A stretch of 64,000 bases of DNA from Leucoraja erinacea (lineage: Eukaryota). The position numbers and the translations under genes are program-made. The stretch is from NCBI RefSeq assembly GCF_028641065.1, contig NC_073396.1, positions 10,664,001 to 10,728,000 on the forward strand. Reading direction: 5' to 3'. Every line of letters starts with the position of its first letter. The first letter of the stretch is position 1. The notes under the pieces are model-generated. The model made no database searches. It worked only from the letters and a program-made list of their open reading frames with translations, and was not told the origin of the DNA. Shown one piece after another: positions 49,988 through 62,933 of this stretch.

Positions 49988-50970
49988 AGATAGTGAGGAT
50001 GGTTGTGAAACATTACAGCAGGGTCTTAATCAATTGGCCAGGTGCGATGAGGAATAGTTGATGGAATTTAATACAGAGAAATGTGAGGTGTTTGCATTTT
50101 GGGAAGTCTAACCTGGGCAGGGCCTACACAGTGAATGGCAGGGCTCTGGGGAGCATTGTAGAGCAGAGGGATCTAGGAGTGCAGGAATGGCAGGGCTCTG
50201 GGGAGCATTGTAGAGCAGAGGGATCTAGGAGTGCAGGAATGGTAGGGCTCTGGGGAGCATTGTAGAGCAGAGGGATCTAGGAGTGCAGGTGCATGATTCC
50301 GTGAAAGTGGTGTCACAGGTAGATAAGGTGGTCAAGAAAGCTTTTGGCACATTTGCCTTCAACAGGCAGAGTATTGAGTATAGAAGTTGGGAGGTCATGT
50401 TGCAGTTCAGATTGTATAAGATGTTGGTGAGACAGCATTTAGTGTATTGTGTTCAGTTCTAGGCACCATGTTATAGGAAAGATGTTGACACGCTGGAAAG
50501 GGTACAGAGAAGATTTACAAGAATGTTGCCGGGACTAGAGGGGCTGAGCTATAGGGAGAGGTTAAGTAGGCTGGGACTCTTTTCCTTGGAGCACAGGAGG
50601 ATCAGGGGTGATCTCATAGAGGTGTATAAAATCATGAGAGAAATAGATTGGGTAGATGCAGTCTCTTGCCCAGAGCAGGTGAACTGAGGACCAGAGGACA
50701 TGGGTTTAATGTGAAGGGGAAAAGATTTAATAGGAATTTGAGGGGTATCTTTTTCACACAAAGGGTGATGAGTGTATGGTACAAGCTGCCAGAGGAGGTA
50801 GTTGAGGCAGGGACTATCCCAACATTTAAGAAACAGTTAAACAGGTACATGGATAGGACAGGTTTGGAGGGATATGAACCGAACACGGGCAGGTGGGACT
50901 AATGTAGCTGGGACATGTTGGCCGGTGTGGGCAAGTTGGTCCGAAGGGCCTGTTTCTACACTGTATGACT
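49988..50970 (+). mobile_element. CR1 3' portion with an internal tandem triplication
   Basis: RT C-terminal motifs (gaaatgtgaggtgtttgcattttggg; ctggaaagggtacagagaagatttacaagaatg) and tail gggcctgtttctacactgtatgact. A ~52-bp unit occurs three times at ~50133-50288. Confidence 0.88.
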
Positions 50971-51878
50971 GATCCATCCTACTATGCTAGGTGTCACTTA
51001 GAAAGTGCTCTTTCTTTTGGATATTTTAGTATGGGATGAAAAGCTGAAGACCCAGGGCTGACAACTATATAACATCAATTGTCAACTTCCTGTAATATGA
51101 GAAAGGTCACTTTACCCTAACTAAACTAGGCTAATAGCTGAAAGGTATTTGCTAAACAATGTTCCAAAACCCATGATTCTTACTTTTTAACTCGGTCCTC
51201 GTGCTTTTTGTGAATCTTTTACACATTTAGCTAGATTTGGCTTTTGTAATGGTTTTGCCTCTCTTTTCTTGGCTGCCCTTTGAGTTTTAAAATCCTCCCA
51301 ACACTTGATTAAGGAGCATGGCTTCATTATTCATATACTCCAATGTTTCTTATTTATTGCAGTGGAATATTTTTTCCCATGTTATTCACAAAAAGAAAAT
51401 TATGAATGATTTATTGTTATTTGCAGATGGATCGTATCTGGATTAACAATGTAGTTTGTCTTTATCTGTTCCTTATAGCTGTGGTTTTGTCGTGATTTTA
51501 AATCTTAATTTCTGAATTATTCTTAAACAATAAATACTTCACCATTGTAAAATATCATTATATAGTTGTACATATTTAAACATGCCACAAACTGTTTCAC
51601 TTAAAATTAATTGGTAAAAATAAAATGTTAAATGTGAACTAATGTTATATTAGTTGTTTGAAGTACTTTACTGTCAAAATACAAGTAATCGCCTGAAAAG
51701 TTTGAGGTTGAACATATTTGAGTGCACTACTTTTCAATCTGCTGTCACTTACAAGATGATAAGCAAGCCCTCTAGCAGATAGTTTCCCCCTGTGTATTCC
51801 TGCACTCTAAAAATAATTATTTTCATTGTATGTGTGTAGATTTGATAGAGTTTTCTGATTATTGCTTTTATTTTCTAG

Positions 51879-51942
51879 GTATCAGTCTTTAAATCTGACA
51901 CATGTACCTGAACACAGCACTCCGATCTATGAGTTCCGGTGA
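51879..51942 (+). CDS. GID4: GID4 coding exon 6 (terminal)
   Basis: AG acceptor; (W)YQSLNLTHVPEHSTPIYEFR* with the conserved C-terminal YEF anchor. Spliced CDS is 621 nt = 206 aa + stop. Confidence 0.97.
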
Positions 51943-53160
51943 CGTTCATCAATGCGGCCTCCAACAGTTGGGGGAAGAGTCGATAAATAGTGGAACTGTT
52001 GAAGAGGTAGAGAGAGAAATGTGTTCTGTAACAATGAGAACAATTATGTTTCTCCGCTGCTGACAGACCGACCACAACGTGATGAGGAGCTCGAGCATCA
52101 ATAAACCAATCCAAGTGCATGACTGTTGGAGCTTGTGATCACCGAGCAAAAGAAAACTCCATTTTAATCTCATTTGTAATGCTAATGGCACTTACAGATT
52201 TTCAAATTTGGTCTTTGATTTATAAAGTTCTTCTTGTACTTCGAACTTGTTGTACACGAACTGGCAACGAGCCAATAGTATGAGAGCTGTGTGCTATTGT
52301 TGTTTTTGTTTCTTTCCCCCTTTTTTTTTTTGCTGTTGCTATTTTTATACATTGCTAATCAAGCTTGAACTCTTTAGATGGCAGTGGTCCTTTTTATCTA
52401 TGCTGCTGGTGCTGTTGCACATGTTCTGTACTAGGGTTTTTATGGGAGAACAGAAGTGGCCTTATCCTAACAGAGCAATTGTTTAGATACCACAAAACAG
52501 TATTGGAGGGAGAGGTGAAGTTTAAATACAATACTCGATGAATGAATAAAAAATCTTGACCTTTGTAAGACTCGGGTTGTATGGAACATTTCTGAAATGG
52601 CATGCCTGGCAGTGTGTTAGTAAGGCCTATGACCTAACTGGGAAGCTATAGGGAATAAATCAAACCTTTTGGAAAATAGTTGCCAGGCTATAGCTTTGTA
52701 ATTTTCTGTTAACACATGCTGTGTGTGGCGTTTTGAGTTATTTTTTGTGTATGTCACAGGTGTGTGCGTGTGTGTTGTTGGTGCTATCTCAGCTTTCACA
52801 GAAGGATACTGTGTGCCTTTAATGATGTAAATCCATAAGGAATTACAGAAATATTCAATTTACATTGCATTAGTAGGAAATTCCATGCACAGTATATTGC
52901 TCATTGGAGGTTATGGGTGGCAGCCCCCCGCAACCCCTTCAAGGAAAGCCTTTGTGCTAAGCCTGTGCAAAGTATTGGATCATATTCCGTGTGCTAGAGA
53001 GAAACAAAACAAATCTACCTTGGATCTAGCCAGGGGTCGAACCAGCTAGTGGATGGTGGATGTTGCACTTAAATAGTGGATGATGGAGAGAAATGGTTTC
53101 CAAATTGGACAGCCTATTAATATAATTTTTAAAATATAGATGTTTTAATAAAATTGGTGC
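51943..53160 (+). other. GID4: GID4 3' UTR (probable)
   Basis: Repeat-free U-rich sequence after the stop, with AATAAA at ~52544 and ~53147 (another at ~54039). The true end is unknown. Confidence 0.55.
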
Positions 53161-55841
53161 AAAGATAATTCTTCTTGAGCTGTTGATGACAAGATGCAAG
53201 GGATTAACATTCTCATAATAATTGTCACTTTCAAAAATTTAATTGCGCAATAACATTCTAATAGAATACCATGTTATAACTAAATCTAATGGCTATGATG
53301 GGATTTAATTGAACAAAATTGTTATGTTTGCAATTTTGTAGCTAGTATTTCATGTAATTTTGAACATTTTAACATTCACAATAACACTTGGGGTGGCATC
53401 TTGTGTAAAGTTAGAAAAAAAAAATGCATCTCTAATAATCCAGTGACAGACAGAGAAATATAGTGCCATTTTTACAAAATTATATTGCACCAGCTTTTTA
53501 TGTCCAGTCTTTAAATTGTTGAATCCTGATAAATGCTTTACTGATTTGCCAAGGGAGATGATAATGCCTGTGTGTGGAACAAGGAACTGCAGATGTTGGT
53601 TTACAGAAAAAAAACCTCAAAGTGGCACAGCCAGTCAGGCGGCATCCCTGGAGAACGTGAATAGATAATGTTTTGGGTTGGGTCTGAAGAAAGGACATGT
53701 CCTGAAACATAATTTATCCACGTTCTCCAGGGATGCTGCCTGACCTGCTGAATAAATGCAACACTTTGTGTCTTTTTTTATATAACGCCTCTTGGCATGT
53801 TTATGTGTACGTTTGAGTGTAAATGGGAAGAGGAAGTTTATCTATGGATCAAGATTACGCTTGGATAAAGGAGCCTCTCTTAAAATATTTGAATAAACTC
53901 TAATTTTTGAACCCCACGTCAAAAAGTGAGGGCAGCGTTTTGCTTTATACTACCCCAGTGTTTTTTTTTTTGGAAAATAGGAATTTTTAATTTCACATAG
54001 TTCAAGACTTCTGAATTTTGCATATTTTTGGAATTCCAATAAATAAGCTGAAAATGTGTTTTTTTTTTATTTAAAACATGAAGAGGTGTGTAAGTGCGAG
54101 GAAAGATTGCTGAATAGGGTGAGACAGCCCATGTACATTGAGTCTGACCTGTTGATACTTGAGAGAGTGACTAATTGGATTGAAAGTGAGTTGATTTTAT
54201 TGTATAAATCAGAGCACGGGAATGAGTGTTTTATTACTTTACACTGTTCATGAGACTTCAGGAGCTTTAAGTTGCAGATCTGTGGTGACATTAACGAGGA
54301 TATTGCATCCAATAAAGGTCCTGTGAAAGACTTTCTGAAGTTTGTACTTTTCTGTTTGTTAGATGAAATTCGGCACTATTCCACTGTTGTTTCCTCTGCA
54401 TTCATGTAACAATGTTGGTACAACAATACAAATAATTGACCAACAATGGTGAATTAAATATTCTGAAGAGGTGGATAAAATTGAAATAGAGCTGGGACAG
54501 CCGTGGTTTTAAGGAATGGGATAAAGGCAGTACAGAAACTTAGCTGAGTAAATTGTGGGATCGGTGTGGGTGGAGCGAGGTACAGAAAATATTGCTGAGA
54601 GTTGTATATCAGACAAATAACAGTCAAGGATGTAGGGCATAGTATCATTTGGGAAACTACAGACGCATGCAACAAGGGTAATGAAATCATTATGAGGGAC
54701 TTTCATTTTCGTATGGCCCAGGCAAACTGAATTTTCAATAAAACTGATGGATGATTTTTAAGAGTTGGCTTTCTACATCTGTTGAGGAACCAATGGGTTA
54801 TTTTAAGTGTGCAAATGAGAAGGTTTTAATAGCGTCATTATGAGACCTTGCGGTAACAGTGAGGGTATTATGACAGAATTTTATATAGCAGTGATTTGGT
54901 CCAATCTGAAGCCAGTCTTAATGCTAAATAAAGCAAGCTGCAAAGATATGACGCGTCAATTGGCTTTGATAAACTGGGGAAACTACAGTAACGGGTATCG
55001 CAGTTAATTAGAGAAACGAGGAACAACAGATGTTGGAATCTCGAACAAAACAAGGTCCTTGAGTAACTCAGTGTGTCAGGCAGCATCTGTGGAGGGAATG
55101 GACAGGTAACAGTTTGATTCGGGACTGTTCGTCAGACTGATTACAGGCTGGATGTGGCAGCTTCGGAGAGGGTGCAGAATAGGCTTAGCGGGATGCTGCC
55201 TGGATGAAGAAGGGCCTGACCCAAACATCACCTATCCATTACCTTCCCAGATGCTGCCTTTCTCAATAATGTGGGATAGATCCCATCAGGTCCAGGGGAT
55301 TTATCCACCTGAATGCTCTAGAAAAGACCCAACACCACCTTCATAATTTCAAAATGTCTTGGCATATTAATATACCTCCACACTGATCTCACTATCCTCT
55401 CTTCGTCTTGGTGAATACTGAGGGAATGTACCCTTCCTACAATCTCCAAGCATAAATCCCTCTGCTATCTTTGAATGACCCTATCCTCTCCCTAGTTACC
55501 CGTTTCTTCCTAATTTATGTATAAAAAGCAATGTGATTCTTTATAATTGTATTTGTGAATGACATTTCATGGCCCCTTCTGATCGACCAATTACTGTGCT
55601 TGAGTTCTTTACTGCTCTCTTTGTCTTCCTCAAAATCCTTGTCTGATTTAATTTCCAAATTCTTATGTATGCTTCCTTTTCCTTTTTGACCAAATTTGCA
55701 TTATCTTCTTATCAAAGGTTCCCTCATTTTGCCATACTTGCCTCTCCTGGAACATATCAGCTCTGAACTCTGATAAGTTGGTCGTTAAATGACACCTGCA
55801 TGTCAGTTGTGTATTTACCTAATAAAGCTGCTCCCAAAAGG

Positions 55842-56705
55842 CCTACCGGGAGGAGGTGGCTGATCTGGCACTCTGGTGTAAGGCCAACAGCCTCCTCTTG
55901 AACATCAAAAAAACTAAGGAGCTGGTCATGGACTTTAGGAGGGCAGATAATCCGAGGACGTACACACCATTGAGGATAAATGGGGATACTGTGGATAGGG
56001 TGAGCTGTTTTAAATACCTGGGAGTCCACATCTCTGAGGATATGACATGGACATCACACGCTGCAGCACTCGTGAGTAAGGCAAGACAGCGCCTTTACCA
56101 CCTCAGGCAATTGAGGAAATTCAGAGTGTCTCTGAGGATCCTCCAGTGCTTCTACTCAGCGGCTGTGGAAAGCATCTTGTCCGGAAATATCACGATTTGG
56201 TTTGGGAATTGCTCTGCCCAGGACAAGAAGGCTCTGCAGAGAGTAGTGCGTTCGGCCGAACGCACTATGGGAACTTCACTCGCCCCTCTGCAGGAACTAT
56301 ACATCAGGAGGTGCAACTCCAGAGCCAATAAGATCATGGGAAACCCCTTCCACCCCTGCAACGGACTGTCCCAGCTGCTCCGGTCAGGCAAATGCCTCCG
56401 TTGCCATGCTGTGAGAACGGAGAGGTTGAGAAGGAGTTTCTTCCCAGAGGCCTTTAGGACTGTAAACTCCTACCTCACCAGGGACTAACTTTACTGTACC
56501 ACTCTGCTGTGTTTTTTTTTAATTGATGTCTTTTTTTCCTTTTTCCTTCCTCCCACAATATGTAATATGTAAAAGAATATGTAATCTTGTTCCATTCTGT
56601 TTGTAATTTGTTTGTTTTTTGCACAAAGTCCACCAGCATTGCCACTTTTCATTTCACTGCACATCTCGTATGTGTATGTGACGAATAAACTTGACTTGAC
56701 TTGAC
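55842..56705 (+). mobile_element. 5'-truncated Rex1/Babar-type LINE
   Basis: Open RT C-terminus YREEVADLALWCKANSLLLNIKKTKELVMDFRR..FKYLGVHISEDMTW..ARQRLYHLRQL..LRRSFFPEA and tail aataaa(cttga)n. It is nested in an old minus-strand CR1 (~55270-57750). Confidence 0.88.
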
Positions 56706-57138
56706 AATGAATGCTGTAAATGTAATTTGCCCCATCCCAAGATTCATAATTAACATAAGGAGTTGTGATCACTGTTCCCAAAATGCTCTCCCACTCGTTT
56801 CCCAGTCTGCTCACTCCACAAGTTGGAGTAACTGCTTAATGTTTCTAGAAATCCTTTTGGATACACTGAACCAATTCTGCTCTCTTTGCCTTTTGCAGTA
56901 AGGCCACCCCAGTCAACACTAGGGAAGTTAGTCATCTAGATCCGCAACAATCATGTTACTTTTATTTCTTTCCATAATCTGTCTGCCTATCCGTTCCCTT
57001 ATTTCCTGCTGGCTATTGGAAGACCTGGAGTACAATCCCAATCAGAGTGATTTCAGCTCTTTTATTTTTGAGTTCTACCCATACTTCCTAATTTGATGAA
57101 CCTTCCAGTATGTCCTCTGAATAAACTGTGATAGTCTC

Positions 57139-57139
57139 C

Positions 57140-57191
<52 letters not shown>
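57139..57191. repeat. Poly-C homopolymer (~50 nt)
   Basis: Directly visible; the length may be a sequencing or assembly artefact. Confidence 0.8.
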
Positions 57192-57193
<2 letters not shown>

Positions 57194-57827
57194 GAGCTGT
57201 TATTTCTGTCTCACACTCAAATCTCTTTAATGATCACGATATAATTGTTCCATGCACTGACCTGGGCTCTGGGTAGATCTGCTTTACGATAAAACTTTGT
57301 TCATCTCCGGAGGGAAATTGGTCTGCCAACAGTCACAACACGCAAGGTACACAAAAACTTTAACAAAAAATTAAAAGTGCAAACTGTTGGCTGGCTGTCA
57401 TGTGCACAATGCCTGAACTGGAACGAACAACAAACAAACACAGACTTATCCCCTGGGCAGAGGATTCTAAAACTAAAGCCCCCCTCTCCACCCTACACCC
57501 GGTCCCCATTGTTCTTCATGGCAGCCCCCCCCCCCCCCCCCACCCCCCAGCCTCACATGGCATGCGTGGTAATTCCGAAATTATAGCCTAGATGTCTGGT
57601 TTTATGACCTACTGTTGAACTGCCTAAATTCTCTGCAGGACCTTATCTCCCTTCCTACCAACGTCATTGGTACTAATATGGACCATGAGTGAAAACATCT
57701 TGACATCTACTTTGTCATGCCTCCTTCAAATCCTATAGGTTTCAATGAGATATTCCCTCACTCTTCCACATTATATAGTCCCAACCTGTTGACTTGTTAG
57801 GTGCAGCTCGGAATGCAATTACACGTA

Positions 57828-58410
57828 CAGGGCTGCCAACTCTCACGCTTTGAGCGTGCGACTCACGCCCTCAAGCAAACTCTCACGCCCTCACGCTCAT
57901 CAGAAATTACTCACGCTCAGTGGTGAGAAATTTTGTGATCAACGAAAATTTCAAAACTCGGATAAACTGCCTGGTTCGCGGGTGTTGGAGAGCCGGGGCT
58001 GCGGGAGGGATGGGAGCAGAGCCAGCAGCGGGAACGGATGCGGGGAGCCGGGACTGTCGAGTGTTTACCGGGACCGGCGTGTCGCTCGCTGCAGCTCTGG
58101 TCAAGGAGCACTCCGGACAGTGTATGTCCCGGGCGTCGGAGTCGTCGGAAGCATTGTGCCGCTGCTGCGGGAGTCTCTGTGCGGAAGGGACAGACTCTCA
58201 AAGGGAGGTGGAGAGAGAGAGGGAGAGGGCAAGGAGACAGGGGGGGGGAGAGAGAGGGGAGAGACAGAGGTGGAGTGAATTGGAGAGGGAGAGGGGGGGA
58301 GAGAGGTAGGGGAGAGTGAGGTGGGAGAGGGGGGGAAGTGAGAGGGAAGAAAGGGGAGAGAGAGGGGGTGGAGAGGGAGGAGAGGGTAGGAGAGAAGGGG
58401 AAGAGGGCTC
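57828..58410 (+). mobile_element. hAT-like left end with ctcacgc subterminal repeats and GA-rich tract
   Basis: Starts cagggctgccaac (hAT-type TIR); ctcacgc occurs five times in 57842-57917. No matching right end was found in the window. Confidence 0.5.
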
Positions 58411-58449
58411 CCGAGCTTTCCCGTTAAATCTTGAATGAACATTGTGGAC

Positions 58450-58487
58450 CAAAGATCCTATAGCAAAGCTTTGCTATAGGACCTTTG
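58450..58487. mobile_element. 38-bp palindromic mini-element with 8-bp TSD
   Basis: caaagatcctatagcaaag|ctttgctataggacctttg (1 mismatch), flanked by ttgtggac at 58442-58449 and 58488-58495. Confidence 0.85.
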
Positions 58488-58586
58488 TTGTGGACTGTGA
58501 AGTGTTCATCACGTGGCACAAATGATGTCACTTTTTTTCGCACACTATAAATATCCTCCCTTGGTTGAATTGGCTCATTTGGAGAC

Positions 58587-59918
58587 ATGCCTATACTAAG
58601 TCGTTTCGAGTACAGGATGGTGGTTTTTTTCATTGACGCGCTGTATGCAGCAGCCCACTATGTGCATCAAGGACGCTTGCGTGAAGGCAGAAGGGTGAGA
58701 TTAATTAAAAAGAGAATTAAGAGGAAGTCTCACTGGGTGAAGCCCATCTTTCAACGGAGACCTCAATTTGGACAATATGATCAACTGCTTAATGTGCTGT
58801 GCGAAGAGGATAAAAGTGCATTCACAAACTTTGTCAGAATTTCACCCGAACTCTTTAATGAGCTGATGGATAATTTGGGACCTCTGCTGAAGAAGACTGA
58901 CACTGTAATGAGAAAGGCACTGGAACCAGGGTTGCGCATAGCAATCACCCTCCGCTACTTGGCCTCAGGCGATTCTTATAAAAGCCTATCTTACAACTTT
59001 CTTGTAGCCACCAGCACCATCTGTGGTATTGTCCAAGAAACCTGTGAGGCGATCATCCAATTTTATTCAGCTGAAGTGATGGAATGCCCCACTACACCAG
59101 AGGCGTGGAAGAGAGTGGCGCTTGGGTTTGAAAACAGGTGGAACTTTGTTCACACATGTGGGGCTTTGGATGGCAAGCATGTGGCAATTCGTAAACCACC
59201 CGGAGGTGGCTCAAATTATTTAAATTACAAGAAATTCCACTCAATTGTACTCTTGGCGGTGGTTGATCATAACTACAACTTCCTGTATGTGGATGTGGGC
59301 ACACCTGGAAGTGTTGGTGATGGCCGGATTTGGAAAGAAACCTGGCTGGGAAAGAAAATGGAAGGTGGAACAGCAGGCATGCCTGATCCTGAACCTCTGC
59401 CAGGAGAAGACAGCCCGGACGTCCCATATGCGATGGTCGCTGACGAAGCCTTTGCACTACGGCCCTGGATTATGAAGCCATATCCACAGAGGAATCTAAC
59501 TAGGGAACAGAGGATCTTCAATTACAGGATGTCAAGGGCCAGGAGGGTTGTAGAAAATTCTTTTGGCATCTTGGCAAACAGATTTAGATGCTTGCTCAAG
59601 AAAATGCAGCAGAAGCCCAAGAATGTGGAGAGTATAGTATATGCAGCATGTGTTCTGCACAACCTGATCCGAATGAGAGGTGCAGCTGCAGGATCAGCAA
59701 CATCCAACCAGGATGGTGACCTAGTGGACAGTGACACAGGGGGAATAACACTAGGCACATGGAGAAGTGGTGCGACCAAGTCGGAAATGGTCCCACTGCA
59801 GCGTTTCCAAGGTAACTGGGGCACATACAGTGTGGAAGAGCAAAGAGGCCATCTCTGCGCTTACTACAATTCACAATTGGGGAGTGTGCCGTGGCAGGAC
59901 AGCTATATTGATGGGTAG
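58587..59918 (+). CDS. Harbinger/PIF DDE transposase (HARBI1-like), intact 443-aa ORF
   Basis: HTH region (ITLRYLASGDSYKSLSYNFLVATSTI), GALDGKHV, YLNYKKFHSIVLLAVVD, MVADEAF, FNYRMSRARRVVENSFGILANRFRCL, ACVLHN. TATAAATA at 58546; AATAAA at ~60176 and ~60297. The start could be the ATG at 58617. Confidence 0.95.
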   Translation: MPILSRFEYRMVVFFIDALYAAAHYVHQGRLREGRRVRLIKKRIKRKSHWVKPIFQRRPQFGQYDQLLNVLCEEDKSAFTNFVRISPELFNELMDNLGPLLKKTDTVMRKALEPGLRIAITLRYLASGDSYKSLSYNFLVATSTICGIVQETCEAIIQFYSAEVMECPTTPEAWKRVALGFENRWNFVHTCGALDGKHVAIRKPPGGGSNYLNYKKFHSIVLLAVVDHNYNFLYVDVGTPGSVGDGRIWKETWLGKKMEGGTAGMPDPEPLPGEDSPDVPYAMVADEAFALRPWIMKPYPQRNLTREQRIFNYRMSRARRVVENSFGILANRFRCLLKKMQQKPKNVESIVYAACVLHNLIRMRGAAAGSATSNQDGDLVDSDTGGITLGTWRSGATKSEMVPLQRFQGNWGTYSVEEQRGHLCAYYNSQLGSVPWQDSYIDG

Positions 59919-60699
59919 CCGACCACAGGAACACTACTGCATGTTAGCAGAAACGCATAGCAAATAAGCTGCCATTTAGCATATTGCATTGTCCCTTTTA
60001 ATGCCTGAGTTTAGGCTTGTTGCGGCGATTAATGAATATAATGTGTTTAAAATAATCTAGCGTGCCTCATTTGTTGATTTTCGTGTTTGCGAGGCCCTTT
60101 TATAGACAAATGTTTGGTGTGATGCACCTTCTCTCAATATGTGCAAGAAGTCGTCTTTTTATATTGTCAAATAGGAATAAAGACTTTGTCTCACATTTAC
60201 CGTGCTGATTGGCTTATTTTATTTTCTACCGAGAGGTGAAACTTTCAAACGTTTAAATAGCTCAACAATTGATGGACCTGAACACTCAAAATTGAAAATA
60301 AATGAAAATGTGATTATATCACCTCCCTTCAACTATTTTGTGTTTCAGCATGAGAGGGATTATAACATTAGAGACATTCATCTTGTAGTGATGTGTTAAT
60401 GAAGAATTGCAGACATTAAGTTGACAGTAAAAAATATATTTATTTAACAATGAGGTAAACAAGCACTGACAAATCAAACTGCTGAGATAAAAGCTTTATC
60501 ACACTTCAGGCTATAATCAAATGTGGAGCCTCCAACAGAAACAAAGTAATGCCCAAGAGGAAAAGACACACATATTAACATACAGACATTTATAAAGGAC
60601 TCTAGATGTCACACCAAATGTTGAGTGGCCAACAACTAAAATAAACTAAAACTCAAATGGTTATTTAAACACCACATAAATAATTATCAACGTCCGAGG

Positions 60700-62933
60700 G
60701 TTAACTTGAGTCATTGACGTCAGCGAAACCATCTGCCCCTTCTTGAAATGGCGTTTGTGCACGGCCCTCTCCATAAACAAAAGGCAAAGGTGGATTTCTA
60801 GCAGGCTGCTGCTCTGTAAACATCAGTGGTGATGGTGAGTGTCTCTAGAAGGAAATTAAGAAGTACATGTGAAAATTTCCTCACGGACCATAAAATTGCG
60901 GGACCTTTCATTATAAAGTCCCTTTTAAAGATTAGAGTTCTTTTCTTGAATCTCATTAACATAACTCATGAATAAGTTGTTGTCCATATGCGGATGCAAA
61001 TCTTTATTTTTTAAATTCAATCCCACAAAACACAATTGTTTACCTGTTCAGCACGGAATGTTGGATGTGCTCCCATTGCACGTGGCAATCCATATGTCCT
61101 ATCTGTATACTTTCGGATCACAGAGTGATGTATTAGTCAATGCATAAAAAGAAGACAGATTATGAATTAAGTTTGGGAAGCGCACATATATTTGTTAATA
61201 CCTGGTCATAGAAGTGAGGCGGGCGAGGCTGAGGAACCAGTGGACGCTGCGCCTCAGGTGCACGTGCTTCCATTAACTGCACAGACAACACCAGACATTA
61301 AAACTATGTTGCTTTATGATGTGAGAAATAAAGAGTTTTAACAGAAATGCTGAATGAAGGGAAGAAGATTAAGAATAGATCTATACCTTTTTATTTCGCA
61401 TAGTGATTGCCCCATTGATCATATTCCATACAAAATCCCATTGTCGTTCATTTATTTCTTCTTCCATAATAGCTTGACAGAAGTCTACTGCCCTCTGCGT
61501 AAAGCTGTTCGGTCTCAGGCGTCCTTCCTCCAACAATTTAATACCGTCTCGAACAGTATTAATGAGCTGAAAATTCACAGCGCAAATATAAAAAACAGCA
61601 AAATGCTGGGTGGGTGCATTGTCCAATAAGCATCAAGTTTATATACTCACACTTTTAATGCTGTTTCCATCTGTCCCTTCTTCAGCGGGTGTGGTGAGGT
61701 CGATGCTGGAAATGTGCCTACTGCGGTGCTGTTGGCTGGTGGATGGGCTCGGCATGGAAGTCCCTTCCTGAGGATCATCGAACGCATGGTCAATGATGTG
61801 TTGTTCCTGTAGGAATCACATAAAACCATTTAGACATAGTGTCCAGAGCCTCATGACCTCAAACATTTGTTGTGATAAAAGTACCTTGGGTGCGCTAGTC
61901 CTGGTCACTACACGCACAATATGCCCTGATAGGAACCGCCACTTCTCCTCGATCCACCTATTCCTCTCTGTCAGTGTGCTGCCAGCTGACCCTGTTTTGG
62001 TCCCAAATGCGGTGACCTTTCCATAGATGGTCCTCTGATTAGTGAACCATTGCATGAGTTGGTCATTTGCATTACAGTAGAGTGGTGGAATTAAATAGAA
62101 CTTCAAGCATTGGATGTATTCCGTTATATTAAAAGTTCTGGACAGTAAACAGAGGCCTGTTTAAGAGCCTGCCCTCCGCATGTAATGTGCTATGTCTTGT
62201 GCTTCTTGGCTACCTGAGCACATGTTTATAAATACAGATGGCCTTTTTTAAGACAAGCATTACAAGTGAGAATTGCCTGCCCTCATGCATAATTTATTTT
62301 ATGGCTCTTGGAGGTATGATTCCAACTTCAAACACAGAGAGTGTAAAAGCTGTCTGCGACTTTTTTACTTTGCAGCTGCAGGGCACAGACACACTTATAA
62401 GAGAAGTTTAAGTTAACTGCAAAAACAGCATTTTTACATCTATAGCATTGTATGTTTTTAAATCTTGGATAACATTAAATGGTTCTCCTGTTGATGAAGT
62501 AATATATCGTTATATATACTCACATGAGCACCCGAGATAATCCGCAGCCTTCGTCTCCAGCAGGCTCCGTTTTCTCTCCCTGTTTCTATAATCCTCTCTG
62601 GATTTATCGTAGAGAATCTCGTTAAATTGGTACCATTTCTACAAGTTCCCCCTCTTGTTCCCTGGTGAAGTTATATGGCCTTACCTTCTGCCATCTTCCC
62701 TTTACATAAGCGTCTGTAGAGGCTATTCCTACAACGGCTACTGGGGAGGCAATCTGAAATCCACCTTGCTCACTCTCTCCCTGCTCCAAGGAGCCCACAG
62801 GCAGTGTTATCTGTGGCATCTCCTGTTGCCTCTCCACCTGTCTCTCTTGCTGTGTCTCCTCCTCATTCTCCTGCATGGCAAAAACCTTTCTGACATGCTT
62901 TACCCCCTTTCTTTGAGCTTTTCTGGGAGCCAT
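60700..62933 (-). pseudogene. Harbinger MADF/Myb-like DNA-binding partner gene, multi-exon, disabled
   Basis: Exon 62933-62524 MAPRKAQRK...FTREQEGELVE(+1 nt)WYQFNEILYDKSREDYRNRERKRSLL; exon 62066-61885 DQLMQWFTNQRTIYGK...LTERNRWIEEKWRFLSGHI (acceptor CAA instead of CAG); further GT-AG exons ~61806-61651, ~61566-61387, ~61276-61202, ~61102-61044 and ~60845-60700. Confidence 0.8.

Noticed and set aside
57139-57191. Long poly-C as a functional G-quadruplex/i-motif
   Set aside because: Homopolymer length is unreliable and it lies within a decayed LINE.
57850-58452. Multiple 80-140 aa ORFs
   Set aside because: Arise from GC-rich and GA-repeat low-complexity transposon-end sequence.
58587-59918. 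Calling the ORF the host gene HARBI1
   Set aside because: It sits with a MADF partner and a TIR as in a transposon; orthology to domesticated HARBI1 cannot be shown from this sequence.
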